64,000 nucleotides of DNA from Haliotis rufescens (taxonomy: Eukaryota), in contig NW_025963890.1 in assembly GCF_023055435.1 (NCBI RefSeq), positions 59,024,001 to 59,088,000 on the forward strand, given 5' to 3'. Of this stretch, positions 52,115 to 64,000 are shown one piece after another. The notes below the pieces were generated by a model. The model did no database searches and was not told the DNA's origin. It worked only from the letters and a program-made list of their open reading frames with translations. Each line of letters opens with the position of its first letter. Position 1 is the stretch's first letter. The position numbers and the translations under genes were made by a program.

Positions 52115-52559
52115 ACTGATCTTACTCAGCAGCACGCTCGCTTTTATACTGGCTGAGAGGCGATCAATGGGAGCTCGCTGAGACTTGTCTTGGTTGGCAT
52201 GTTTGGACCTGTTCCGTGGTTGTGTTTAGACGAGCAGGCGATGTTCATGTCTATGCGTTTCAATACATGCTTCTGTTTGGAAAGAAACAAAATCAACTGA
52301 TTAATCATTTGAAGATACATGTAATCGGGGAATTATTAAGAACCTTGGACTTTGGGAAACGTGCTGTTTTTTAATGTCTCATATTCTGAATCGACACGTG
52401 AAACATACGTACAGAAACAGATGAACATACTCTCTCAAACACATTATTTATATCAATGCTCCTTACACTGTCTGTCGGAAGATATTTTGGTCGAAAACGG
52501 TACATAGCCGGAATGTACAGAGTTTGTATATTGTACATGACGTAACTGCTTCGCGGAAT
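52115..52559 (-). promoter_or_regulatory. Promoter of copy 5: TATA 52142-52148, p53-type half-sites 52181-52214, TGACGTAA+GAS-like 52538-52559
   Basis: Motifs conserved across paralogues. Confidence 0.6.
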
Positions 52560-55500
52560 ATTTATTCGCACAGCAAAATATCGATAATTTTCTCAGCAAT
52601 AACACATAGGAATCTTGTAGATGTTTCTGTGGAATATATTGTCTTTAATTGATAGTGTGTATGTACTGTACTGGAAAACATCATCCCTTCCAGTTGATTA
52701 TCCTTTGATTGTGTAAACCATCATGAGGTGTCAATATACATTATTGTGTTCAATTTGGAGAATACTTTGTCTTGTCAAACTTTCCCTGAGAAGCGTTGCT
52801 TTGTTGTAATTTCGAGAATATATGTCGGTCCTAAATGAAAAACACTATTTGATATGCATCACAACAATGAACACTTTCTCTATGATAGTTTTGTACTATT
52901 GGGCGTTATGAATTACTTTGTGCACAGATTCGCAGGCCATTTTTAACACATGTAAAAAAAACCCATGATGTTTGTATCTTTGACAGTGTTTGTCAATGTA
53001 TTTCAGGAATAGAAACAGTTCTTTTCATTATCAATATAGGATGCGAAGTATCTTTTTTTAAAATGAAGAGACACATTTAATTTTCTTTCTATTTCACGAG
53101 ACTGCAGCTGATAATACTAATAGTTTTTACTTTTATTTCCACTCCCGAGAATACGTTTTAAAAATATATCAATAAAATGTTACTCAAGATAACAACATTG
53201 ACCAGTTTTCATGACATATATTAATAATGCCCTTGCGACCAGATTTGATGTGAAGTATCAGCCGTACTACCGTGGCCAGTTTCCTTGATATATACACCTG
53301 GATAAGAATTTAAGCATTACATGTTTCATGTTTTCATATATCCTGAACTGCCGTTCATCGTTGGGAGATATTTACACATGACATTGATTTCATTTTGATG
53401 AAAGTTGAGGAAAACGCCGATGTCTGCTATGCAGTTAGTTCAAAAGAATGCCATATCGTAAGATGCCAAGAAGTTGATGAAGCAAATGAAAGGGTAGTTA
53501 AAATAATTATTTCCACAGAACAGTTACAAAACATGTTATTAGATTATCGATTTCAGTTTCTGTATTTCAGTATGGGCTCATCGCTTTGTAAACAATGAAG
53601 GGGTTTCGTAAGAACATTAATACCGGATGCGATTTTGAAACAAGCGGTGTTTTCCATGCTATATGTCGGAAACAAAATGAATGTTGCTCCGTTTCATAAC
53701 ATTAATCTAAGCATTAACACTTTCTGGTCCTTTAAAAGCGTATGATTTATAATATGTTGATATACATCTTCCGACATGGAAAGGTGGTGATTGTTAATTC
53801 AGGAAAAGCGTTCACAACTTGAGGAACATATCTCTCAAACACGTTGTTTACCTTCGCTTCTCCTCACACGCGAGTCTAGGACTCGGTTTCATTGAGTAGC
53901 GCAGTGTAGTGAAGCGTGTTTAGGAAGAATGTGTGACGATTTTACTTCGCGGATTGTTATGCTCAGTCATCAGTTCTATTGTTAATACTACAACATTACA
54001 CACTGATTTAATTTGGCAGTGTCCGTCAATTTATTTCAGTAATAGAAAAAGTTGTTTTTCAAAATCAATATAGGATGCGAAGTAACTTTTTGTAAAATGA
54101 AGAGACACGGTAATTTTCTTTTTATTCACGAGACGGCAGCTGATAATACTTTTCAGAAAACTCTTCTTCTTTACATGTAAAATATACTTACTTTTATTTC
54201 CACCCCCGATAAAACGTTTTAAAATATATCAATAAACTAAGTTATTCAAAATAACATTTACTTCGCGGATTGTTATACTCAGTCAGCAGTTCTACTGTCA
54301 ATGCAACAATATTACACACCGATATAATTTTCAAACTCAATATATTAGATGCAGAAAACAAGAAAAGCCAATCACAGCAACTTTTGACTGAATTATGCCT
54401 GCAAAATGGGCGGTAAATACATTGTACAAATTGAGATGAAACCTGAATATATTCTATATTCTTTTAACTATGTATGTTTAAAGTATGTGAATTACGAACA
54501 TACATAAGATGCAATTTGGTCCTATTATTTAATTCATAACGTTATGTCTTCACCTAATGCATGTATTCGGGTATTTACATTTCCAAGATTATAAAACTGC
54601 GCATCATCTTAAGGTGGGGAGACGGCCCAATGCATTTCAGTTCGTGGATGTTAACATAAGTGTTTCATTATATGCGAGTTACAATGAAGGAATACATAAT
54701 GCCTGTCATCTTAGGAGGTATAAAGTATTAACTGAATGCTAATTGGAAGGAAATACATGTCTGAGCAAACAAACTATGTATGCATATATGCGTTGCTGTG
54801 TACACATATGCATGGCATTGTAACATCCCTGTGTTACATTTTCGAGAATATATGGCGGCTCATCAAAAACATATCCTGTTTTGACGAGTTTCTTCGACAT
54901 AAATTAGCAATACCACAAAAGAGATATAGTAATGCTATAAGGCTTTTATTTGTTTACTTATTCGACGACCAAACATTTTCTTCTGCGTAACTTATTTTAG
55001 TAATAAAAAACCCTTAAAGATGATGAATATAGGAAGAACTAACAATCACCATTTCTTTGCTTTTTTCAATAACTTCCTGAAAACACTTAAATATTGATTA
55101 AATATTTTAATTTTATTTCAACCACCGACCCTACGTTTTGAAAAAGACCCTAAACCTAGTGACTCAAAATAACTGCGAAACGTGGTCTAGTTTTCATGAA
55201 ATAAATGTTATTAGCAGTACTATAGCTACATGCTTCCATATGAAATATCAGTTATTATTATGTAGTAAGTGTTGAAAAACTGTTTATTCCCATACACAAA
55301 TCGATATTTCTGTCGAGTGACATATAACGCTTTACGCTGGAACTTCCTCAATGACAATCATTACAGATTAATATCATGAAACAAAATACATAATAACTAA
55401 AGCTGTTACATAAGATGCAATTTGGTCCTATGAATTATGGCATAACGTCATTTTTTCACCTAATGCATGTATTCGGGTATTTACATTTGTAATGTTACAA

Positions 55501-56233
55501 AACTGCGTATCATCTCAAGGTGGGAGGACAGCTCAATGCATTTCAGTTCGTGAATGTTAACATAAGTGTTTCATTATATGCGAGTTACAATATAGGAGTG
55601 TAAACTCATATGACGTGTGAATATGAATAAATGCACGTGAGTGTTCATAGCTATGTGATATGAGTGAATGTTGCTATATGTCCATGCCAGGGCGCATTAA
55701 ATGTAACTGAATCGAGAAAAGGGAAAGTTGAGGTCTTCAGTGTGAAACCCCTCGGGGGTAGGAGGACGCACTCTTGTAAGTAGACATTTTCAAAGAAAAT
55801 AAAGTATATGCAAGTCTTATTTTATTTATTCCTTTTCTGATATTGCACATGTTAAAATGAAGTATAGATTGTAGGTCAATGAATGATATGAATTTATATA
55901 CATCGTAATATGAACAATCAAATATATACAGCGTTTCACATAACAGGAAAACAACGTTCATCTGTCCATCATTCGGTAGAACACACACACATTCTCAGTC
56001 ACGCACTTTAATGACACATCATGCCCTTTCATTCACATAAAATATCTGGCAAGTTGTATGATATGAGATTCGATCTCAATGTTTTCCAAAGTTATATACT
56101 TATGAATTTGGCCTCTTATGTGCCAGTGTTTTCCAGAATGTCCTTTGATATATGGCATGTTAAGAAAAAAACGTCCATATCTCCGTATCTGTTAGCATAT
56201 ATCACAGAATGTGTGTCAATGTTCAGAAACATT

Positions 56234-58129
56234 CTATACTTTGTCTGATGAAATTGTGCTACCTTGTTTGAACACATGTCGAGCAGTAGATCGTGATCTC
56301 CTCAGACGTCTCCATGCGTAGTCATAGGACTTTATCATGGAGGCTGTTTTGGCATGGTATGATGCTCTTCTGTACACCACCCTCCGCACATAGACACTGC
56401 AGTCCTGAGACACAACGTTGTTCACCTGAGCTCTGACAATTTTGTTTCCAAGAAGCCGTGTTTCCCAATTAACATTATCGGGAATATAGTGACAGAACTT
56501 GCTGAATACCACACACCTTCGTCCGTACCGGATGGACTGAACACCGATCTCATAGAGAGCTGGCTTATTGTTCTCAGACTTGAAGATTGTCCTCTTTCTG
56601 AATCCAGGGTTGGCACCCCGTCTTTTCTCCCATTGTGCATCCTGTTTGAGTGGAACGTCAGGGGAGATAACTTTGACCCACGGTGACCAGTCCATGTTTC
56701 TCAAGCTGAAGTTGTTCTCAAAGACTTCCTCTCTTCTCAGAAGAGGTGTCACAAACTTTGTAGGTTTCTGGAATAATACATTATATATAATGAGTCTATT
56801 TAGATATGGTCATACCTTTAAGGTTCCAAAAGGGTATAGCTTTAATCGATAAATGCGATCGTTATCAGCAGTATGAGAAAGAAATGAACAACTGTATATG
56901 TCATTATTGCTTGGAAAGAAACATGTCTGAAATATACCTTCAGTGATTTAGTTCCTGGTCTCTTGATGGATTTAGGTTTGGCCTTTCGAACAGCTGTGAT
57001 TGATGTAGTTTTCTTTAAGGTGGGGATCTTTACATCTTTCTTACTGCAACCTGCTATGGTCTTCTTTGGCGATGAAAGTGAGGCTACTCCATCACGAAGT
57101 GAGGTAAACATTCCTTCCATGTCTTCGCTGAGGGCACCTTCACCACAACGAGTTCGAACTTCTTTCTCGTACACCTGAAATGACATATACAAATGTCAAA
57201 ACAGGAATACACGGAAAACATATTCGGTAAGGAAAGTAAACTAAATATAACTTTATTATGAGAAAAGTATATGTTTATGAAGAATATAATCGAAGAGCAA
57301 ACTTACATCAAACATATCTGCCCCGTGCTCCCTGTAGCAGATGGCCATGAGGAAGTCGAAGACATTGGAAAAGCTGTCGAGTTGAAGATGGCGTCCCCCT
57401 GTCTCCTGTGACATTCTCTTGTAGAATTCCATGCTGCCACATCCGCGCTCTACCCCATATATCTTCACTCCCTGGAAACGAATGGGATGTTTCAATGTAT
57501 TTACTGTACATTTGACTTTTGTTAGTATGATGCAATTCTGAATGAACTCGATTTGTATTATCCCCAGCTGACAATCAAACTCAAAATGCAATTCGACATT
57601 GTATTGAGAATTTGAATGTCTTGAAAATAGCATTTCTTAGTGATGTTTAGAATTTAATTTGGCTAAAGTAAAATTAGCTCACCATTTTATTGAGAGTTTG
57701 AATCTCCTCCCTCCAGTCTATCTTGAGTTTGTTGTCGGGGTAGTCTGGTTCATGGGGGCTGGCGTCCCCGATCATGACGAGGGCACGATTGGATCCGGGT
57801 GTCCATGACAACTCCTCCCCAACTTGTCTGAGAACGAGTTCGTAACATTCGTCCGAGTCTCCGCCTCCAGTGCTGCTGACGTTGTTTACAAAGTCACATA
57901 GTTCCTTAACGTCTGTGGAAAAGTCGATCCACTTTGTGACGTAGTTGTGTTTGTCACAATAGTCCCCGTGTGCGAAGACGGCAATTCTGATGGCGGGGAT
58001 GTCAGCCTGGAGCCGCTGTATCATGTCCTGGAGTCGACCTCTGACTTCGACGAGACAGCTGCTCATGGAGCCGGTTGTGTCAAAGGAGAAGACTATCTCC
58101 GGAAGACCACCAGGAGGAAGCAAAGCCAT
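56234..58129 (-). CDS. VWA-ET-like protein copy 6 (type A), 460 aa; coding exons 58129-57683, 57471-57307, 57174-56938, 56767-56234
   Basis: Open spliced frame with canonical splice sites. Confidence 0.88.
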
Positions 58130-58664
58130 GTTGAATCTGTTGAAATATTCAGAACAATTGAGTGTACATGTATACAAGAAGTTTTACTTTTGAAATTGAT
58201 ACAGCTTTATACCCATTAATTCTGGCAGTGTAAATACTTATAAAAATGTTTTGAATGTTAGTTTTAATGTTTATATTCTCAAGTAAAAAAATATATTTCA
58301 ATTTTTAACAAAGTCAATTTAGAAACAAGAATGTTGGTTTCTTTAAAATATTTGCAAAGGTTATTTCCGTAAGTATGCTATAATTTATTTTTATAGATAT
58401 AGAAAAATGTTTTCACGTTATAAATACATATGATTTAATAATTTACGCTTTTCTTATAAAAAAGATATAGATGTGTAAGTTATTTGGAGACGATTTCCTC
58501 GCTATCAGACCAGTACTATATACACCATCACTGTTAATATGTTCCTCAAGTTACCTGTTTTGAATGGTGAGAGTAGTTATATAGTTCTTGTGCTATATTT
58601 CCACGCTGCTGTCAGACGTAGTTTATATCTATTCAAGTCTTTCAACTGTAGTGTGTGTCACTAG

Positions 58665-59090
58665 ACTGATCTTACTCAGCAGCCCGCCAGCTTTTATACT
58701 GGCTGAGAGGCGATCAATGGGAGCTCGCTGAGACTTGTCTTGGTTGGCTGAGACCTGTTCCGTGGTTGTGTTTAGACGAGCAGGCTATGTTCATGTCTAT
58801 GCGTTTCAATACATGCTTCTTTTTGGAAAGAAACAAAATCAACTGATTAATCAGTTGAAGATACATGTAATCGGGGAATTATTAAGCACCTTGGACTTTG
58901 GGAAACGCGCTTTCTTTGAATGTCTCATATTCTGAATCGACACGTGAAACATACGTACAGAAACAGATGAACATACTCTCTCAAACACATTATTTATATC
59001 AATGCTCCTTACACTGTCTGTCGGAAGACGGTATATAGCCGCAATGTACAGAGTTTGTATATTGTAAATGACGTCACTGCTTCGCGGAAT
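58665..59090 (-). promoter_or_regulatory. Promoter of copy 6: TATA 58692-58698, altered p53-type element 58731-58760, CRE+GAS-like 59069-59090
   Basis: Motifs conserved, except that the middle p53 half-site is lost. Confidence 0.55.
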
Positions 59091-61485
59091 GATTTACTCG
59101 CGCAGCAAAATATCGATAATATTCTCAGTAATAAAGCACATGAATCTTGTTGATGTTTCGGTGGCATAACTATTGTCGTTAATTGATAGGGTGTATGTAC
59201 TATGCTGGAAATCATCATCCCTTCCAGTTGATTATTCTGTGATTGTGTAAACCATCATGAGGTGTGAATACACATTGTTGTGTTCCATTTGGAGAATACT
59301 TTGTCGTGTCAAACATTCCCCGAGAAGCGTTGCTTTGTTGTAATTTCGAGAATATATGTCGGTCCTAAATGAAAAACACTATTTGATATGTATCACAACA
59401 ATGAACACTTTCTCTATGATAGTTTTGTACTATAGGGCGTTTTTAATTACTTTGTGCACGGATTCGCAGGCCATTTTTAACACATATAAAAACCCATGAT
59501 GTTTGTATCTTTGAAAGTGTGTGTCAATGTATTTCAGGAATAGAAACAGTTGTTTTCATAATCAATATAGGACGCGCGAAGTATCTTTTTTTTAAATGAA
59601 GAGACACCTTTAATTTTCTTTCTATTTCACGAGACTGCAGCTGATAATACTTTTCAGAAAGCTCTATTTCCTTACATGTAAAATATATTTACTTTTATTT
59701 CCATCCCCGAGAATACGTTTTAAAAATATATCAATAAATTGTTATTCATGATAACAACATTGACCAGTTTTCATGACATATATTAATAATGCTCTTGCGA
59801 CCAGATTTGATGTGAAGTATTAGCTGTATTACCGGGGCCAGTTTCCTTGATATATACACCTGGAAAAGAATTTAAGCATTACATGTTTCATGTTTTCATA
59901 TATCCTGAACTGCCGTTCATCTTTAGGAAATATCTACACATGACATTGATTTCATTTTGATGAAAGTTGAAGAAAACGCCGATGTCTGCTATGCAGTTAG
60001 TTCAAGAGAATGTCATATCGTAAGATACAAGGAAGTTGATGAAGCAATTGAAAGGGTAGTCAAATAATTATTTCCACAGAACAGTTACAAAACATGTTAT
60101 TAGATTATCGATTTCAGTTTCTGTATTTCAGTATGGACATGTCGCTTTGTATAAAATAAAGGGGTTTCGTAAGAACATTAATACCAGTTGCGATTTTGAA
60201 ACAAGCAGTGTTTTCCATGATATCTATCGGAAACAAAATAAATGTTGCTCCGTTTCTTAGCATGAACACTTTCTGGTCCTTTAAAAGTTATAAAACGTAT
60301 GATTTATAATATGTTGATATACATCTTCCGACATGGAAAGGTGGTGATTGTACATTCAGGAAAAGCGTTCACAACTTGAGGAACATATCTCTCAAACACG
60401 TTGTTTACCTTCGTTGCTCCTCACACGCGAGTCTAGGACTCGGTTTCATTGAGTAGCGCAGTGTAGTGAAGCGAGTTTAGGAAGAATGTGTGACGATTTT
60501 ACTTCGCGGATTGTTATGTTCAGTCATCAGTTCTATTGTTAATACTACAACATTACACACTGATTGAATTTGGCAGTGTCTGTCAATTTATTTTAGTAAT
60601 AGAAACAGTTGTTTTCATAATCAATATAGGATGCGAAGTAACTTTTTGTAAAATGAAGAGACACATTTAATTTTCTTAATATTTCACGAGACGGCAGCTG
60701 ATAATACTTTTCAGAAATTTTTCTTTCTTTACATGTAAAATATACTTACTTTTATTTCCACCCCCGAGAATACGTTTTAAAATATATATCAATAAACCAA
60801 GTTATTCAAAATAACATTTACTACGCGGGTTGTTATGCTCACTCAGCAGTTCTACTGTCAATGCAACAATATTACACACCGATATAATTTTCAAACTCAA
60901 TATATTAGATGCAGAAAACAAGAAAAGCAAATCACAGCAACTTTTGACTGAATTATGCGTGCAAAATGTGCGATAGATACATTGTACAAATTGAGATGAA
61001 ACATGAATATATTTTAAAGAATATATGTGAATTACGAACATACATAAGATGCAATTTGGTCCTATTATTTATGTCATAACGTTATTTTTTTAACCTAATG
61101 CATGTATTCGGGTATTTATATTTGCAAGATTATAAAACTGCGCATCATCTCAAGGTGGGGGACAGCCCAATGCATTTCAGATCGTGGATGTTAACATAAG
61201 TATTTCATTATAAGCGAAAAGGAATAGCAAATCACTGCAAAATTTGACTATAATAATGCATGCAAAATGTGCAGTAAATACATTGTACACAATTGAGATG
61301 AAACATGAGTACATTCTATATTCTTTTGACTATGTAAGTTAAAAGTATGTGAATTACGAACATACACAATATGTATTTTGGCCCCTGTGTGTGTGTGATA
61401 TGAGTGAATGTTGCTATATGTCTATGTCAGGGCGCAATAAATGAAACTGAATCGAGAAAAGGGAAAGTTTATGTCTTCAGTGTGA

Positions 61486-61650
61486 GTGAGTGAGTGAGTA
61501 TGGTTTTACGCCGCTTTTAGCAATATTCCAGCAATATCACGGTGGGGGACACAAGAAATGGGCTTCACAAATTGTACCCATGTCGGGAATCGAACCCGGG
61601 TCTTCGGCGTGACGAGCGAACGCTTTAACCACTAGGCTACCCGACCGCCT
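61486..61650 (-). mobile_element. SINE family A, insertion private to one array unit
   Basis: TSD TCTTC(A/T)GTGTGA at 61474-61485 and 61651-61662. Empty sites in other units (e.g. ~34738, ~49164, ~55734). Confidence 0.93.
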
Positions 61651-62160
61651 TCTTCTGTGTGAAACAAAGGCCACGTTTTGGGTAGGAGGATGCACTCTTG
61701 TAAGTAGACATTTTCAAAGAAAAAAAAGTATATGCAAGTCTTTTTAGTTTGTTTTATTCATTCCTATTCTGATATTGCACATGTTAAAATGAAGTATAGA
61801 TTGTAGGTCAATGAATGATATGAATATATATACATCGTAATATGAACAATCAAATATATACAGCGTTTCACATAACAGAAAATAACGTTCATCTGTCCAT
61901 CATTCGGTAGAGCACACACATTCTCAGTCACGCACTTTAATGACACATCATGCCCTCTCATTCACATAAAATATCTGGCAAGTTGTATGATATGAGATTC
62001 GATCTCGATGTTTTTTTAAAGTTATATACTTATGAATTTGGCCTCTTATGTGCCAGTGTTTTCCAGAGTGTCCTTTGATATATGGCATGTTAGAAAAACG
62101 TCCATATCTCTGTATCTGTTAGCATATATCAAAGAATGTGTGTCAATGTTCAGAAACATT

Positions 62161-64000
62161 CTATACTTTGTCTGATGAAATTGTGCTGCCTTGTTTGAAC
62201 ACATGTCGAGCAGTTGATCGTGATCTCCTCAGACGCCTCCATGCGTAGTCATAGGACTTTATCATGGAGGCTGTTTTGACGTGGTTTAATGCTCTTCTAT
62301 GCACCACCCTCCGCACATAGACACTGCAGTCCTGAGACACAACGTTGTTCACCTGAGCTCTGACAATTTTGTTTCCAAGAAGCCGTGTTTCCCAATTAAC
62401 ATTATCGGGAATATAGTGACAGAATTTACTGAATACCACACACCTTCGTGCGTACCGGATGGACTGAACACCGATCTCATAGAGAGCTGGCTTATTGTTC
62501 TCAGACTTGAAGATTGTCTTCTTTCTGAATCCAGGGTTGGCACCCCGTCTTTTTTCCCATTGTGCATCCTGTTTGAGTGGAACGTCAGGGGAGACAACTT
62601 TGACCCACGGTGACCAGTCCATGTTTCTCAAGCTGAAGTTGTTCTCAAAAACTTCCTCTCTTCTCAGAAGAGGTGTCACAAACTTTGTTGATTTCTGGAA
62701 TAATATAATGTATCATGAGACTCCTTGACATGATCATAGCCTAACACAATGAAATCAAGAATTAAACACTGTGATCGCGCATTTAAAAACAATTGAGAGA
62801 ATATTTTACCTTGAACGATTTCTTTCTTGGCTTTCTGATGGATTTAGGTTTGGCCTTTCTGACTCTTTGGATGGATGTTATTTTCGTCAAGGTGGGAACC
62901 TTCACATCTTTCTTAGCGGCACTGATTGTAATCGCTGTCTTTGGTTGAGAAGGGGAGACAATTCCATCACGTAGGGATGTAAACATTCCTTCCATGTCTT
63001 TGCTGAGGGCACCATCAGCGCAACGGGCTCTAACCTCTTTCTCGTACACCTGATGAGGGCAAATAATCATTGATGAAAGGAGTTTTATTATGACGAATAT
63101 CATAGAATTAAAATGACAGCCGCTCTTCGGATGTTAAAGTGGTGCAGTTATTTCAACTTACATGAAGAATCTCTGCCCCCTGTTCCCTGTAGCAGATGGC
63201 CATAAGGAAGTCAAAGATGTTTGTAAAGTTTTCCAATTTAAGATGCCGACCTCCTGTTTTGTTGGAAATGGTTTCGTAGAACGTCGTATTGTTCGTGTCG
63301 CACTGAACTCCATAGATTTTTACTCCCTGAAATCAAAATCAATAAATGGAATAAGTGAATTAACATCGTTGTGTCGAATTTACGATAGTTGTCGCGAAGT
63401 AAAAAAAGGTCCCTGCACCTTTCTTATTCATTCATCATTTTCGGTTTAGTTGAAGCCCGAATAACTTTACTCGGATACATTTACGTGAGTCCCTTCAACG
63501 TCGACTCAAAGGTGTTTGACTGGTGAGTGTCGTGTTCTTATTATTTGACTTATGTCTGAAAATGACCACAACCTGGAAATTAATAGAAATCCAACACACC
63601 ATTTCATTCAGAGTTTGTGTCTCCGTTTGCCAGTCTATTTTTAGTTTATTGGCTTTGAAGTTTGGTTCGTGGGGCTTGTCGTCCCCGACGACGACGAGAA
63701 CACGGTTAGATCCTGGTGTCCATGACAACTCCTCCCTCACTTGTCGGAGAACAAGCTCGTAACACTCGCCGTAGTCGTAATCGCCTCCTGTATCTTCAAC
63801 GTTCATGACGAAGTCGCAGAGCCCTTTGACGTCAGTGGAGAAGTCGATCCATTTTGTGACATATGTGGATTTGGTGCAGTAGTCACCGTGTGCGAAGACG
63901 GCGATTCTGACGGCGGGGATGTCAGCCTGGAGCCGCTGTATCATGTCCTGGAGTCGACCTCTGACTTCGGCGAGACAGTCGCACATGGAGCCAGTAGTGT
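62161..64000 (-). CDS. VWA-ET-like protein copy 7 (type B), 5'-partial at the window edge; coding exons >64000-63600, 63326-63162, 63049-62810, 62694-62161
   Basis: Near-identical to copy 3; the frame is open to the window end. Confidence 0.85.

Noticed and set aside
27600-64000. Array units as transposons carrying a nuclease
   Set aside because: No terminal repeats or TSDs at unit boundaries; the genes have spliceosomal introns and TATA promoters, and the pattern fits unequal crossover.

Overview
AT-rich, intron-containing animal genomic DNA, probably a mollusc (gastropod/abalone-like, inferred from the SINE repertoire). The window has three zones. (1) 296-3013 (+): the 3' four coding exons of a glial cells missing (gcm) transcription factor; its 5' exon lies outside the window. 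(2) About 3.8-27 kb: a repeat-rich interval with four short-retroelement families, nested LINE remnants, R4-like and Penelope-like fragments, minisatellites and a 146-nt N gap. (3) 18.6-64 kb (-): a tandem array of at least seven paralogues, six complete and one cut by the window end. Each complete copy has one non-coding and four coding exons and encodes a ~460-aa protein with no signal peptide: an N-terminal VWA domain (DTTGS MIDAS), a Lys-rich linker, and a basic C-terminal domain whose motif pattern (WSxW...P.LYEIG...TRL...G.SV..R...YDYAW) matches the plant EFFECTOR OF TRANSCRIPTION (ET/HRT) GIY-YIG-like domain, apparently with a degenerate catalytic site. The VWA loops vary strongly between paralogue types while the last exon is homogenised. 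All six visible promoters keep a TATA box, p53-type half-site pairs and a CRE + TTC(N3)GAA composite. This VWA-ET-like array is the main candidate for an undescribed stress/immune system. All family assignments are by eye from remembered motifs; no searches were run.
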